The notes under the pieces: generated by a model
Told to the model about the DNA's origin: nothing
The model's database searches: none
The model's input: only the letters and a program-made list of their open reading frames with translations
Program-made: the position numbers and the translations under genes
NCBI GenBank assembly: GCA_003453595.1
Contig: DMOG01000026.1
Location: 6,567-70,566 of the forward strand
Origin: Candidatus Uhrbacteria bacterium
GTDB taxonomy: Bacteria > Patescibacteriota > Patescibacteriia > UBA9934
DNA length: 64,000 nucleotides
Direction: 5' to 3'
Shown: in pieces, positions 1 to 8,679 of the stretch
Position numbering within the stretch: the stretch's first letter is position 1
Layout: every line of letters starts with the position of its first letter

Positions 1-58
1 GATTGAACTGCCGACCTCTTCCTTACCATGGAAGCGCTCTGCCACTGAGCTACAACGG
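1..58 (-). tRNA. tRNA-Thr (anticodon GGU); 3' part (T-stem and acceptor end) is cut off by the window start
   Basis: The reverse complement reads GCCGTTG-TA-GCTC-AGTGGCA-GAGC-G-CTTCC-ATGGTAA-GGAAG-AGGTC-GGCAG-TTCAATC. This shows a canonical D-arm, an anticodon stem CTTCC/GGAAG and loop AUGGUAA, which gives anticodon GGU. Confidence 0.8.
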
Positions 59-74
59 CACTTGAAAAACGACC

Positions 75-249
75 CAAGTTCGGCCATCTTCGGCGTCGCT
101 TGCTCCGTTCGGCTTCACCGTACACTCAGGTACGCCTCAGCCATACTCGCTCGCTCCTTGAACCTGACCAAACTTAGTCATTTTTCATGATACAACATCC
201 ACTCGTTCGCCGATAAGATGTTCAAGTTCGGCCATCTTCGGCTTCGCCT
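75..249. repeat. Direct repeat CAAGTTCGGCCATCTTCGGC(G/T)TCGC in two copies (75-99 and 224-249) in the spacer between the two tRNA-Thr genes
   Basis: A 20-nt identical string plus a similar tail was seen twice by reading the spacer. Confidence 0.6.
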
Positions 250-275
250 ACTTGATAATATATTAAAGAAAAAGA

Positions 276-350
276 TGGAGCCGAAAGTGGGATTCGAACC
301 CACGACCTACGGTTTACAAAACCGTTGCTCTGCCGCTGAGCTATTTCGGC
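276..350 (-). tRNA. tRNA-Thr (anticodon UGU), 75 nt, CCA encoded
   Basis: The reverse complement reads GCCGAAA-TA-GCTC-AGCGGCA-GAGC-A-ACGGT-TTTGTAA-ACCGT-AGGTC-GTGGG-TTCGAAT-CCCAC-TTTCGGC-T-CCA. All four stems pair, the T-loop is TTCGAAT, and the anticodon loop gives UGU. Confidence 0.85.
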
Positions 351-455
351 GTATTTATCAAATATAACGCGTCCATATAATATCCAATCTAGGAGATTTT
401 GTAAAGAGCGCTATAGTTTGTAATTGTTAACAAATAGCCTTATACTCACCTCAAT

Positions 456-1481
456 ATGACTTCAAAAACTAGACAAGATACAATCTTATCTTTATTCCCA
501 GATCTGCAGAAGTTTCGACTGGATCAAATTCAAACAGCGCTGTTTGATACATCAATCCATAACTGGGAAAAGGTTTCTACACTTTCAAAAACAGTGCGGC
601 AGACTCTGGATGAAAAAGTACCGTGGACATCTTTGCGTTGTGCTAAGACCATCAAATCAAAGGATTATTCAACTCGCAAAGCGCTTTTGCAAACTGATGA
701 CATGTTGGCCATTGAAAGCGTGTTAATGAAAAACACCCGTGACCAATGGACGATTTGCGTTTCCACTCAGGTTGGTTGTGCTATGGGATGTGCGTTTTGT
801 GCCACTGGCAAACTTGGACTTTCACGAAATCTAAATGTTGACGAGATTGTTGACCAAGTTCGATTTTGGCAAAGTCAAATCAAGGATGACGAGCGTATCA
901 GTAATATCGTAGTCATGGGTATGGGCGAGCCACTGATGAACTATGATAATGTCCGTGACGCCATCAACCTTGTCCTTAAATACACTGACATTGGAAAAAC
1001 GCGCATCACTGTCTCAACAGTGGGTATCGTTCCTCGCATGCAACAAATTCTGACCGATCCTCTTTGGCCACACATCAGACTAGCTGTTTCTTTACACAGT
1101 GTTGACCCAATAACCCGCAAACGCTTAATGCCTTCATCAACACCCACATTCTTGGAAGACTTGGCAACCTGGGCAAAAGAATATTTAGAAACTTTTGGTA
1201 ATCGTCGTCATCATCTAACATTTGAATATCTACTTTTGGAAGGTGTGAATGACTCAGAGGAGGAAGCAAAGAAACTAGCCCGCTATGTGCAAAAAATCGG
1301 AAATGTAAAAGTGAACTTACTAATCTATAACAATACCGGTGATTTTAATGGACCGCGAACAGAGAAAGTTGTTGCCTTTGCAGAAATCCTTCAAAACGCA
1401 AACATCGATGTTACCCGACGCCGTTCCATGGGCCAAGACATCCTCGCTGCCTGCGGACAATTAGCTCAGAAGATCTCATAA
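456..1481 (+). CDS. rlmN: 23S rRNA (adenine2503-C2)-methyltransferase RlmN (radical SAM)
   Basis: Carries the radical-SAM CxxxCxxC within 'VSTQVGCAMGCAFCATGKLGLSRNL', the typical RlmN/Cfr context (GCxFCATG), and is of RlmN-like length and overall similarity. Confidence 0.85.
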   Translation: MTSKTRQDTILSLFPDLQKFRLDQIQTALFDTSIHNWEKVSTLSKTVRQTLDEKVPWTSLRCAKTIKSKDYSTRKALLQTDDMLAIESVLMKNTRDQWTICVSTQVGCAMGCAFCATGKLGLSRNLNVDEIVDQVRFWQSQIKDDERISNIVVMGMGEPLMNYDNVRDAINLVLKYTDIGKTRITVSTVGIVPRMQQILTDPLWPHIRLAVSLHSVDPITRKRLMPSSTPTFLEDLATWAKEYLETFGNRRHHLTFEYLLLEGVNDSEEEAKKLARYVQKIGNVKVNLLIYNNTGDFNGPRTEKVVAFAEILQNANIDVTRRRSMGQDILAACGQLAQKIS

Positions 1482-1766
1482 CTAGGGTCTGGTTATATAT
1501 ATCGAGACATTTCAAACAATTCCAGTCCGGTATCAAACAGCTAAGCTGAATCAGTCCGGACCAAAACAGCTAAGCTGTTTTGGCTAAGCTATACTCCTGA
1601 ACCTTCAGGTAGTCGGACATAAAACCGCTCAATGCATTTGCACGAGCGGTTTTATGTTTGTCAATCTCAAGGACGCATGCTTTTGTTAATACTTTTTACT
1701 TCGCGATTAACAAAATCTTATTATAAGCAAATTCTTTTTCGTCCATTATAAGATTCAAACAAACCT

Positions 1767-2408
1767 CTACATTATATCTAATATCTTTGAGCCATAAATG
1801 TACTCAATGTTGGTTAATCCAAACTTCGTCACCAGCTGGCCCTCGATTGGGTAAGTATGGCCGTGGAAAAGATATTTTGGTGACTTTTTCTCCACATACT
1901 CACGCAAGCCAATCAATCCGGCGTGAGTTGGATCGTCAGGTTCGTCATTTACTCCATATGGCGGTGCATGGCAGAGCATAATGTCAACATATGGAAAATC
2001 CTTTAAAAGCTCTGACGCCTGTTCTTGTGTATACATCTTGGCTGATGATTCTTTATATTTAACCGATCCTTCAAACCCACCAAAAATAATGCCATTTATC
2101 TCTTTTGTAGCTAGATGCATATTTTCGATCCCCAACTCAGCCATATACATTCCGGAACAGTGATTGCCATATACTCCCAACTTCGGAATATCATTAATGT
2201 CCTCAAGTTCACGAATTTGATGCATTTCTAAATCACCTAAAGTCACAATAACATCAACCGATTGTTTTAATAAAATCTCCTTTATTGACTCAAACGAAGG
2301 CCGATCAGCAATAGCAAGTATTCGCATAGAACTTGATTTTATTTTAAAAACTCGAAGTAGTTGCCGGTCATTGATCGGGACAAGGACCTGGGCAAAATTA
2401 TTTTCCAT
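1767..2408 (-). CDS. Calcineurin-like metallophosphoesterase (YfcE/MJ0936-like)
   Basis: Shows the metallophosphoesterase motifs: GDLE...(D), GNHC, LCHAPPYG, and GHTY (the GH motif). Confidence 0.7.
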   Translation of the reverse strand: MENNFAQVLVPINDRQLLRVFKIKSSSMRILAIADRPSFESIKEILLKQSVDVIVTLGDLEMHQIRELEDINDIPKLGVYGNHCSGMYMAELGIENMHLATKEINGIIFGGFEGSVKYKESSAKMYTQEQASELLKDFPYVDIMLCHAPPYGVNDEPDDPTHAGLIGLREYVEKKSPKYLFHGHTYPIEGQLVTKFGLTNIEYIYGSKILDIM

Positions 2409-2670
2409 TATTGAGAAATTGTCTCCCGATAAGAAATTGCACTAAACCAATCATTGATAGAACAGCAAAAAGTAAAATAAAGAATATATAGTAGGTGCCA
2501 GTATACCAACAGATTAAGATAATAATCAGGTCTCCAATGCCACAAGCGAGGAATATCCCCAAGCCACTAATCCTAGCATATTTTTTATATTCATTTGGAA
2601 TAGATTTTCCCTGTGCCCGTAATTCTTTTTGCTTACGCGCCTCAATAATCACATTTTCTCGAAATGTCAT
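2398..2670 (-). CDS. Small membrane protein with two predicted TM helices, hypothetical
   Basis: Has hydrophobic stretches LGIFLACGIGDLIIILICWY and YIFFILLFAVLSMIGLVQFLIG, and overlaps the downstream phosphoesterase gene by 11 nt, suggesting an operon. Confidence 0.45.
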   Translation of the reverse strand: MTFRENVIIEARKQKELRAQGKSIPNEYKKYARISGLGIFLACGIGDLIIILICWYTGTYYIFFILLFAVLSMIGLVQFLIGRQFLNNGK

Positions 2671-2744
2671 ATATTAGTTTTATCTGTAAATTTTAGCACG
2701 AATTAAAGATAAAAGCACAGACCACTCTTATTCGTCCAATCAAA

Positions 2745-2775
2745 AACCCCACCGATTCTGCACGGTGGGGTTTAA
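2745..2775. terminator. Bidirectional intrinsic-terminator-like hairpin AAAAACCCCACCG-attctgca-CGGTGGGGTTT
   Basis: An 8-bp GC-rich stem is flanked by an A-run and a T-run. Confidence 0.5.
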
Positions 2776-2795
2776 ATTTATATGATGAATGTGAG

Positions 2796-2841
2796 AAATC
2801 GCGTCACATTAGTGACGATCGTCACTAATGTGACGCGATTT
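2796..2841. promoter_or_regulatory. 46-bp perfect palindrome AAATCGCGTCACATTAGTGAC-GATC-GTCACTAATGTGACGCGATTT (candidate operator or long hairpin)
   Basis: Read directly from sequence: the arms are perfectly complementary around a central GATC, with a nested sub-palindrome GTCACATTAGTGAC. Confidence 0.7.
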
Positions 2842-2957
2842 AATTTTGTTTAAGTTGATAAACATGGATAGTTATTAGTACGCAAACGAAATACCGCCCA
2901 CTAAATCGAAGACAACGGGGCGGTCTTCGACGGGGCGGCTAGTTTTTTAGACGGATG

Positions 2958-3188
2958 TTAGCTTCCGTCTCTGATGGTGTAAGTGTAGGAGATGCTTCCC
3001 ACCGTCACTACATATTCATCCATCATCCCACCAAACATGACTGACCCGTCATCGGTGAGAAGTGGCATGTTCATGCCTTGAAATTGGTTTATTGTCCTAC
3101 CATTCTTGCGCCAGGTTAACGAGATCGGTGCTTCCACAGCCGACTCCTGACCTAGACCATTGATATATTTTGACAGCACCATTGGCAT
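2958..3188 (-). CDS. Hypothetical small protein (76 aa); weak call
   Basis: An open frame only, with no recognisable motif and no clear RBS. Confidence 0.25.
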   Translation of the reverse strand: MPMVLSKYINGLGQESAVEAPISLTWRKNGRTINQFQGMNMPLLTDDGSVMFGGMMDEYVVTVGSISYTYTIRDGS

Positions 3189-3260
3189 TTATTTATATAT
3201 TTATAGGAAATTATTGCAAATATAAGGAATTTATAGTATTATTTGCCTGCACAAAAAAAT

Positions 3261-3334
3261 AGGGGTGTAGTGAAATGGTATCACGAAGGTCTCCAAAACC
3301 TTTATTCTGGGTTCGAGCCCCAGCGCCCCTGCCA
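3261..3334 (+). tRNA. tRNA-Trp (anticodon CCA), CCA encoded, followed by a perfect palindromic hairpin CCACGTCGTTCGCGAACGACGTGG (3332-3355)
   Basis: Reads AGGGGTG-TA-GTGA-AATGGTA-TCAC-G-AAGGT-CTCCAAA-ACCTT-TATT-CTGGG-TTCGAGC-CCCAG-CGCCCCT-G-CCA. The acceptor stem has one G-U pair and the anticodon loop gives CCA. Confidence 0.85.
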
Positions 3335-3477
3335 CGTCGTTCGCGAACGACGTGGCCTGCCACTCAGATTTTATGCGGGCATTTAGTCTGCAGTTGAGAA
3401 TAGTGTAGGTCACGGTTCGTAACAATGTGATAGCAAAAGAGCGCCGAAAGGTGTTCTTTTGCTATAATGGAATTATT

Positions 3478-3738
3478 ATGTGGTATTTCTATATCCTACA
3501 AAGTCAGAAGGATTTAAATTATTTCTACAAAGGATCTACCGGCGATTTGCGAGCAAGATTCACACAACACAATGATGGCGAAGTTGAATCCACGAAACCG
3601 AGATGTCCTTGGCGGCTGGTTTACTATGAAGCTTATATCTCAGAAAAATCTGCAAGGTTGCGAGAAAAATCTGTAAAACAAAGTGGGTCAATCTCAATTC
3701 CGTTATTGAAGAGAGTAAAAGAAAGTTTGAATAATTAG
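3478..3738 (+). CDS. GIY-YIG nuclease superfamily protein (UPF0213/YhbQ-like); the ORF extends upstream to 3427
   Basis: Has 'YFYILQS...YKGSTGDLRARFTQHNDG...RPWRLVYYEAY...REK', which matches the GIY-YIG motifs (GIY...YIG, R, H-N, E). Confidence 0.75.
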   Translation: MWYFYILQSQKDLNYFYKGSTGDLRARFTQHNDGEVESTKPRCPWRLVYYEAYISEKSARLREKSVKQSGSISIPLLKRVKESLNN

Positions 3739-3800
3739 TGTTTACTGGGTCTTTTTCGTTGGTGGCTCGTAGACTGTGAACTTTATAGTATACTGAATAT

Positions 3801-4067
3801 ATGAAAAACTACTTATTGACTTTGTTTATAATGATACTAATGGGAGCTGGGTGTGCCGTAGTTGACGAAGATTTCCCAATAGTTAATAAGGAGGCCGAAC
3901 CTTTTGAAGATATTTATTATATCTGCACGAGTACGGAAACAGAGAATAGAATTTATGAAACTGTATTTTGCGGTGATGATTCTTGCTGGCTTTCCTTTTA
4001 TGATCAAAACGGAAACCTTATAGAAAAGACGCCTGAACTTGGACCCGGTGCTAGCAATATGAATTAA
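3801..4067 (+). CDS. Small lipoprotein, hypothetical
   Basis: The N-terminus MKNYLLTLFIMILMGAGCAV has a lipobox (LMGAG-C). Confidence 0.5.
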   Translation: MKNYLLTLFIMILMGAGCAVVDEDFPIVNKEAEPFEDIYYICTSTETENRIYETVFCGDDSCWLSFYDQNGNLIEKTPELGPGASNMN

Positions 4068-4312
4068 CCAGAAACTAAAGTTGAAGACTGTCAAAGAACT
4101 ACCGAGAATTATTTTATGAGTAAGATTGAAGAATAATAGTTCGCACCTCGCTCATGAGCCCCTGCCATGTAGAACGCTTCCTAGACGGGGAGCGTTTTGC
4201 TATTGAAGAAAACAGTAATTTTTGCGTAATACTAATAAAAAGCAAGACGCACCCGAGGACGGCGACGAGTACGTCTGCCGTCACGCGGGTGCGTGAGCGA
4301 GTGTGCCAGACC

Positions 4313-4906
4313 CTATCGGATCATGGCGTGGTTGTTCCAGAACTCCACCGAGGCGAGGTAGGCCTCGCGGTTGAGGGCGACGCCGCTGCCGCCCTCCTCC
4401 TTACCCAGTGCGTTGCGCATCATGGTGATGGGGGGCATGGGGTCCTCGGCGGGGTTGAGGCCGGCGTTGATGGAGACGATGCCCCACTCGGCGTCGGGTA
4501 CATCGCGCTCCATGTTCGGCGTCTGGTCGGCTTCCTCCTCCAGTGCCTCGCGGTTGTAGAGGATGATGTCGAGCCACTCCGCCTGCGGCGCCTTCAACCC
4601 CTCGAACCAGCGGGTCAGCACCGGCAGCTCACCCTCGCGCCGCGCCTCGTAGCCGGAGCGCAGCAGGTGTGCGTTGTCGGGGGTGATGGCCGCGATGGGG
4701 GCCGTGGTGGTTGTGGTGTTGCGGACGAAGAGGTGCTTGCAAAACGGCGCGTAGCCGTCCACCAGCATCTCGCCCGCCTCGAGCGCCGCATTGGCGATCT
4801 CGACGAGCTCCTCGGCGGTCATCCCAACGATGCGGGTGCCAGCGAAGTTCTTGTTGGCAAAGTGGCGGCCGAGGGCGAACTTGGTCATTCCGATGGTGTT
4901 GCGCAT
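4313..4906 (-). CDS. Hypothetical protein encoded in a high-GC island (about 62% GC); start assigned at MRNTIG with a GGAGG RBS
   Basis: A long ORF in a high-GC segment. A GGAGGCACC sequence sits directly upstream of ATG 4904-4906 on the minus strand. The overlapping plus-strand ORF 4154-4969 is judged a GC-induced shadow ORF. Confidence 0.55.
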   Translation of the reverse strand: MRNTIGMTKFALGRHFANKNFAGTRIVGMTAEELVEIANAALEAGEMLVDGYAPFCKHLFVRNTTTTTAPIAAITPDNAHLLRSGYEARREGELPVLTRWFEGLKAPQAEWLDIILYNREALEEEADQTPNMERDVPDAEWGIVSINAGLNPAEDPMPPITMMRNALGKEEGGSGVALNREAYLASVEFWNNHAMIR

Positions 4907-5180
4907 GGTGCCTCCATGAAGTTGGCCCGGATGCCTCCGGACGTGTCGACTTCGACACGATTCGGTTAGACGTTTGATACAATCTCGCGTCGCCTGCTTT
5001 ATAGGTTGGCACCTACAAATCAGGAAAAACGAGAAAAGCCAGTAACTGGATTCGTTCAAATAAAGAGAATAAGCGCAAATACCGGCGTTCTGTGGTTACC
5101 GTTACCCTTTGTGTGCTTGGATACCATAAATCTCAAGCATTAGGACAGCCCTGCTTGCAGGGTGTTTTTTTAATTATTTT

Positions 5181-6335
5181 TTACCATCGACCAGGACCGT
5201 TTGGATCATAGCCGTAGGCAACTTCTAACCCGTCGTTGTATCCGTCGTTGTCAGAGTCAGTGTCGAAACGATTTGTCCAGTGAATAGTCATCTCATTGTA
5301 ATCACTTAGACCATCACCATCAGAATCAAGTTTACCTTTTCCGTTTGGATTGTAACCATTAATCACTTCTGTTCCATCTTTATAACCATCGCCGTCAGTG
5401 TCAGCACTGAAGATATCAGTCTTCCAAATATTTGTCTCATCTTGGTTTGTTAAACCATCGCCGTCAGTGTCTAGGCTTGACTCAATACTATCAATACTAG
5501 ACATAACAAAATCTTCTGTCTGACGACTATCATAATTTTCAAATGACAATGCACTTTCTGGTACACGAATATTTGTTACTTTGTTAATACTATTTAACAA
5601 AACTGAGAAGCCGAACTTTGTATAAGCCACGCCCACAGGGTCACTGACAACATCCAAAGTAAACATTACTGGCATCATCTCCACTGTATCAATCCAGAAG
5701 TTACCACTAATCTTTAAGTTTTGCTCCTGCAGTGATTTCAGCTTAATAGCGTCGGTGTTAGAAATCTGTCTTTGCTCAATCAGATAATCGGCCAGCTTTT
5801 CACAATTGATTTCGTAATAATAACGAACAGCAAGTTTACCGCTAATATAATCAACTGTTTCCGCATGATATTCAATCACCCCATTTTTTAGCATTTCAGT
5901 AATTAATGTTTTTATTTGGTCCAAATCATTTTCTTCGTTTTCTGAAAATAATGAGATCTGGCCATCATTCATTTTAATAAAAAACCAATCATCTCCTGCT
6001 TGTGAGAAATATATTTTGTCGTGAGTTACAATCATTGATCCGTAAAAATCTTTGAATTGACTATCATAATCAGTCACTTGAAGGGCAAAATCAAAGGAAC
6101 CGTTTCCTTGTTCATCAATCACACCATCAAAGTCAGTATGGAGACTAAATGGATTATCCATTTTCTCGCTGTTTGTCTCAAAGTAAAAATCAGTATTAAA
6201 ATCTACTGACTTAATTTCAGATATATTATCAACTACCTCAGATGTAGGATCAGCTAGGAGCGTTGAGGCAAGCACTGAATTAAAAGGCATAATAATCAGC
6301 GCTATTAATGGCAAAATGAGTATTTTTCTAATCAT
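5181..6335 (-). CDS. Secreted protein with C-terminal thrombospondin type-3-like calcium-binding repeats
   Basis: Has a signal peptide MIRKILILPLIALIIMPFNSVLAS and repeated DTDGDGxxDxxE / DSDGDG / DTDSDNDG motifs. Confidence 0.6.
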   Translation of the reverse strand: MIRKILILPLIALIIMPFNSVLASTLLADPTSEVVDNISEIKSVDFNTDFYFETNSEKMDNPFSLHTDFDGVIDEQGNGSFDFALQVTDYDSQFKDFYGSMIVTHDKIYFSQAGDDWFFIKMNDGQISLFSENEENDLDQIKTLITEMLKNGVIEYHAETVDYISGKLAVRYYYEINCEKLADYLIEQRQISNTDAIKLKSLQEQNLKISGNFWIDTVEMMPVMFTLDVVSDPVGVAYTKFGFSVLLNSINKVTNIRVPESALSFENYDSRQTEDFVMSSIDSIESSLDTDGDGLTNQDETNIWKTDIFSADTDGDGYKDGTEVINGYNPNGKGKLDSDGDGLSDYNEMTIHWTNRFDTDSDNDGYNDGLEVAYGYDPNGPGRW

Positions 6336-6555
6336 AGAGATTTATTAATTAACGCGAAATAATAGCACAAAAACGCGGTTTTGTCAATCACAAAACCTAA
6401 TCTTTACTATAAATAATGTACTATAAATAATTGACAAAAAGCCTTATTTAGACTACACTTCTCGAGTTGTACTAAGGGATAGCCATGCGTTCCCCGACTA
6501 TTTTAAAAACTTAAGCCTGTACATCGAGTTATCACAACAGTGGAAGCCTCATAGC

Positions 6556-6596
6556 AACCACCCCCCACCCCTCCTTAGAAAAGGAGGGGAGTCGAG
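6556..6596. repeat. Copy of the dispersed palindromic repeat (AACCACCCCCCACCCCTCCTTAGAAAAGGAGGGGAGTCGAG) in the 5' leader of the DEAD-box helicase gene
   Basis: Matches the family consensus CCCCTCCTT-loop-AAGGAGGGG. Confidence 0.6.
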
Positions 6597-6636
6597 ATGT
6601 GATGCCACAGGGGTTTGAGTAATATACGGCACATGC

Positions 6637-8073
6637 TTGCCGTTCAAACCCTATTTTATGAAACAGGACTCACAAAAGAGCTCTTCGCTCTTTGCAAATC
6701 TTGGATTGTCTTCTGACTTTGTCCAAGTGTTAGATCGTCTTAACTTTAAGACCCCAACCCCTATTCAAGAAAAATCAATTCCAGAAACTTTGCAAGGCAA
6801 AGATGTAATTGGTATTGCCCAAACTGGAACAGGAAAAACTCTGGCCTTTTGTTTGCCGATGCTAGAAAAAATTAGAAAAGAAGGCGGATCAGGACTAATC
6901 GTTGTGCCGACCCGCGAACTTGCTGCTCAGGTTAGTGAAGAGATTGAAAAAGTTGGCGGACGCCTTGGTTTTAAAACCACTTTACTTGTTGGTGGTGCTG
7001 ACATTGGTCAACAAATTCGTTCACTTAGACGCGGGCCTCATGTCATTGTGGCCACTCCGGGTCGACTTAACGACCATCTTGAAAGACGCACAGCCGATCT
7101 TTCTCATGTCCACACACTAGTGCTTGACGAAGCTGATAGAATGTTAGACATGGGATTTGCGCCACAGATCAATCAAATTCTTCAGTCTGTACCAAACGAT
7201 CGTCAAACTTTGCTTTTTTCCGCAACCATTCCAGAAGGAGTTGCAAAAATCGCCCAAGGATACATGAATAATCCAATCACCATTAAAGTTGTCCCGACTG
7301 GAACTGACGCGAAAAGCATAAAACAAGGAATGTATTATGTTGATGCTTCCAGCAAATTCCCTCTTTTACAAGAACTTTTGGAAAGATACGAAAACGGACC
7401 AGTACTTGTTTTCTGCCGCACAAAACATGCTACTAAAAAAATGGCTCGTATTCTAAACACTCAAGGACATGTTACCGAAGAGCTTCATTCCAATCGAACA
7501 CTTAGCCAACGCCGTCGCGCTTTACAAAACTTCAAATCTGGAAAAAGTCGAATCTTGGTTGCTACCGATGTGGCTGCCCGAGGAATTGATGTAAAGGAAA
7601 TTGAGCTAGTCGTTAACTATGACATTCCTGACCAAAACGAAGATTACATTCACAGAATCGGCCGAACAGGACGAGCAGGACACACAGGATGCGCTTTGTC
7701 TTTTGTTTCACCAGATCAATATCGCGACATGAAAGCAATTGAGCGCCTTGTCGGTATCTCAATCCCGGTTTTGGAAGCGTCATGCACTCTAACTGCCAAG
7801 GACATGGAACGATACGCCTATAGCGGATCAAAACCATCGAGCCATGGACAAGGCGGACGAGGAGGACGCAATCAATCTCGAGGTCGAAGATCAAGCTCTC
7901 AACAAAGATCAACCGATCGTACGCCTGCATACCAAACAGTTAGAGCAGGAGAAAGTCAAAATGAAAATCGAGCTGGAAGACCAAAACGCCGTTCTGGTAA
8001 ATCTGGCGCATATCAACCAGAATTTGCCCGCGGTCGCCGACCAGGCTCTGCCCGGCAATCAAAAAAAGGATAA
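6637..8073 (+). CDS. DEAD-box ATP-dependent RNA helicase with an Arg/Gly-rich C-terminal tail
   Basis: Shows motif I AQTGTGKT, Ia PTRELA, II DEAD (VLDEADRM), III SAT, and VI HRIGRTGRAG. Confidence 0.9.
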   Translation: MPFKPYFMKQDSQKSSSLFANLGLSSDFVQVLDRLNFKTPTPIQEKSIPETLQGKDVIGIAQTGTGKTLAFCLPMLEKIRKEGGSGLIVVPTRELAAQVSEEIEKVGGRLGFKTTLLVGGADIGQQIRSLRRGPHVIVATPGRLNDHLERRTADLSHVHTLVLDEADRMLDMGFAPQINQILQSVPNDRQTLLFSATIPEGVAKIAQGYMNNPITIKVVPTGTDAKSIKQGMYYVDASSKFPLLQELLERYENGPVLVFCRTKHATKKMARILNTQGHVTEELHSNRTLSQRRRALQNFKSGKSRILVATDVAARGIDVKEIELVVNYDIPDQNEDYIHRIGRTGRAGHTGCALSFVSPDQYRDMKAIERLVGISIPVLEASCTLTAKDMERYAYSGSKPSSHGQGGRGGRNQSRGRRSSSQQRSTDRTPAYQTVRAGESQNENRAGRPKRRSGKSGAYQPEFARGRRPGSARQSKKG

Positions 8074-8173
8074 ACAAAAAAACCACTGACTTTAATAAGT
8101 TGGTGGTTTTTAACTAAATCAGGCACTAATCCCAGCTTTCTGATATACTAAAACTAAGCGAAATAACAAATCT

Positions 8174-8623
8174 ATGAAAAAAAATATTCTTCTTGTCTTT
8201 GCCTTGATTATTATCATTATCGCCTGCGGTTTGATATATACTCAGGAATCTACTTCTGATCTAACTGATGAAAATAATTATGAGCAATCATATACCAACA
8301 CAACAGCAGACGAAATTATTGTGGATTTTGAGCCAGGATCCACAATCACTTCCCCGTTGACAATTACCGGACAAGCCCGTGGAACTTGGTTTTTTGAAGC
8401 AACCGCACCATTTGTTTTAGTTGATTGGGATGGTTTAATAATCGCCCAAGGCTACATTCAAACTCAGGGCGACTGGATGACAGAGGAATTTGTTCCGTTT
8501 ATTGGCACTCTGGAATTCGTCAAACCAAGCTATGGCAACACTGGCGCATTGATCTTGCAAGCATCAAATCCATCTGACTTGCCCGAATATGATCGTGCAG
8601 TGGAAATTCCAGTAAAATTCTAA
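8174..8623 (+). CDS. Secreted or membrane-anchored hypothetical protein
   Basis: Has an N-terminal hydrophobic segment MKKNILLVFALIIIIIACGL. Confidence 0.45.
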   Translation: MKKNILLVFALIIIIIACGLIYTQESTSDLTDENNYEQSYTNTTADEIIVDFEPGSTITSPLTITGQARGTWFFEATAPFVLVDWDGLIIAQGYIQTQGDWMTEEFVPFIGTLEFVKPSYGNTGALILQASNPSDLPEYDRAVEIPVKF

Positions 8624-8638
8624 TGTCAATTTACAAAA

Positions 8639-8665
8639 AGAGTCTGCAACAGACTCTTTTGTGTT
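8639..8665 (+). terminator. Intrinsic terminator (AGAGTCTG-caa-CAGACTCT followed by TTTGTGTT)
   Basis: A hairpin plus a T-run immediately after the 8174-8623 stop codon. Confidence 0.6.
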
Positions 8666-8679
8666 AAAATATAAAAACT

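Noticed and set aside
1767-2670. Metallophosphoesterase plus small TM protein as a defence or toxin module
   Set aside because: The phosphoesterase is of the common YfcE/MJ0936 housekeeping type. There is no nuclease, ATPase or other defence-associated partner. The arrangement looks like an ordinary small operon.
2958-3188. 76-aa ORF as a confident gene
   Set aside because: It has no RBS and no motif, and it sits inside a hairpin-rich region that may instead be non-coding. It is kept only as a low-confidence feature.
3231-3425. 64-aa minus-strand ORF
   Set aside because: It overlaps a well-folded tRNA-Trp on the opposite strand and so is spurious.
4154-4969. 271-aa plus-strand ORF in high-GC island A
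   Set aside because: It is antisense to an ORF that has a perfect GGAGG-ATG context. Long stop-free antisense frames are expected in 62% GC DNA. Its composition is Arg/Gly/Ala-rich and low-complexity.
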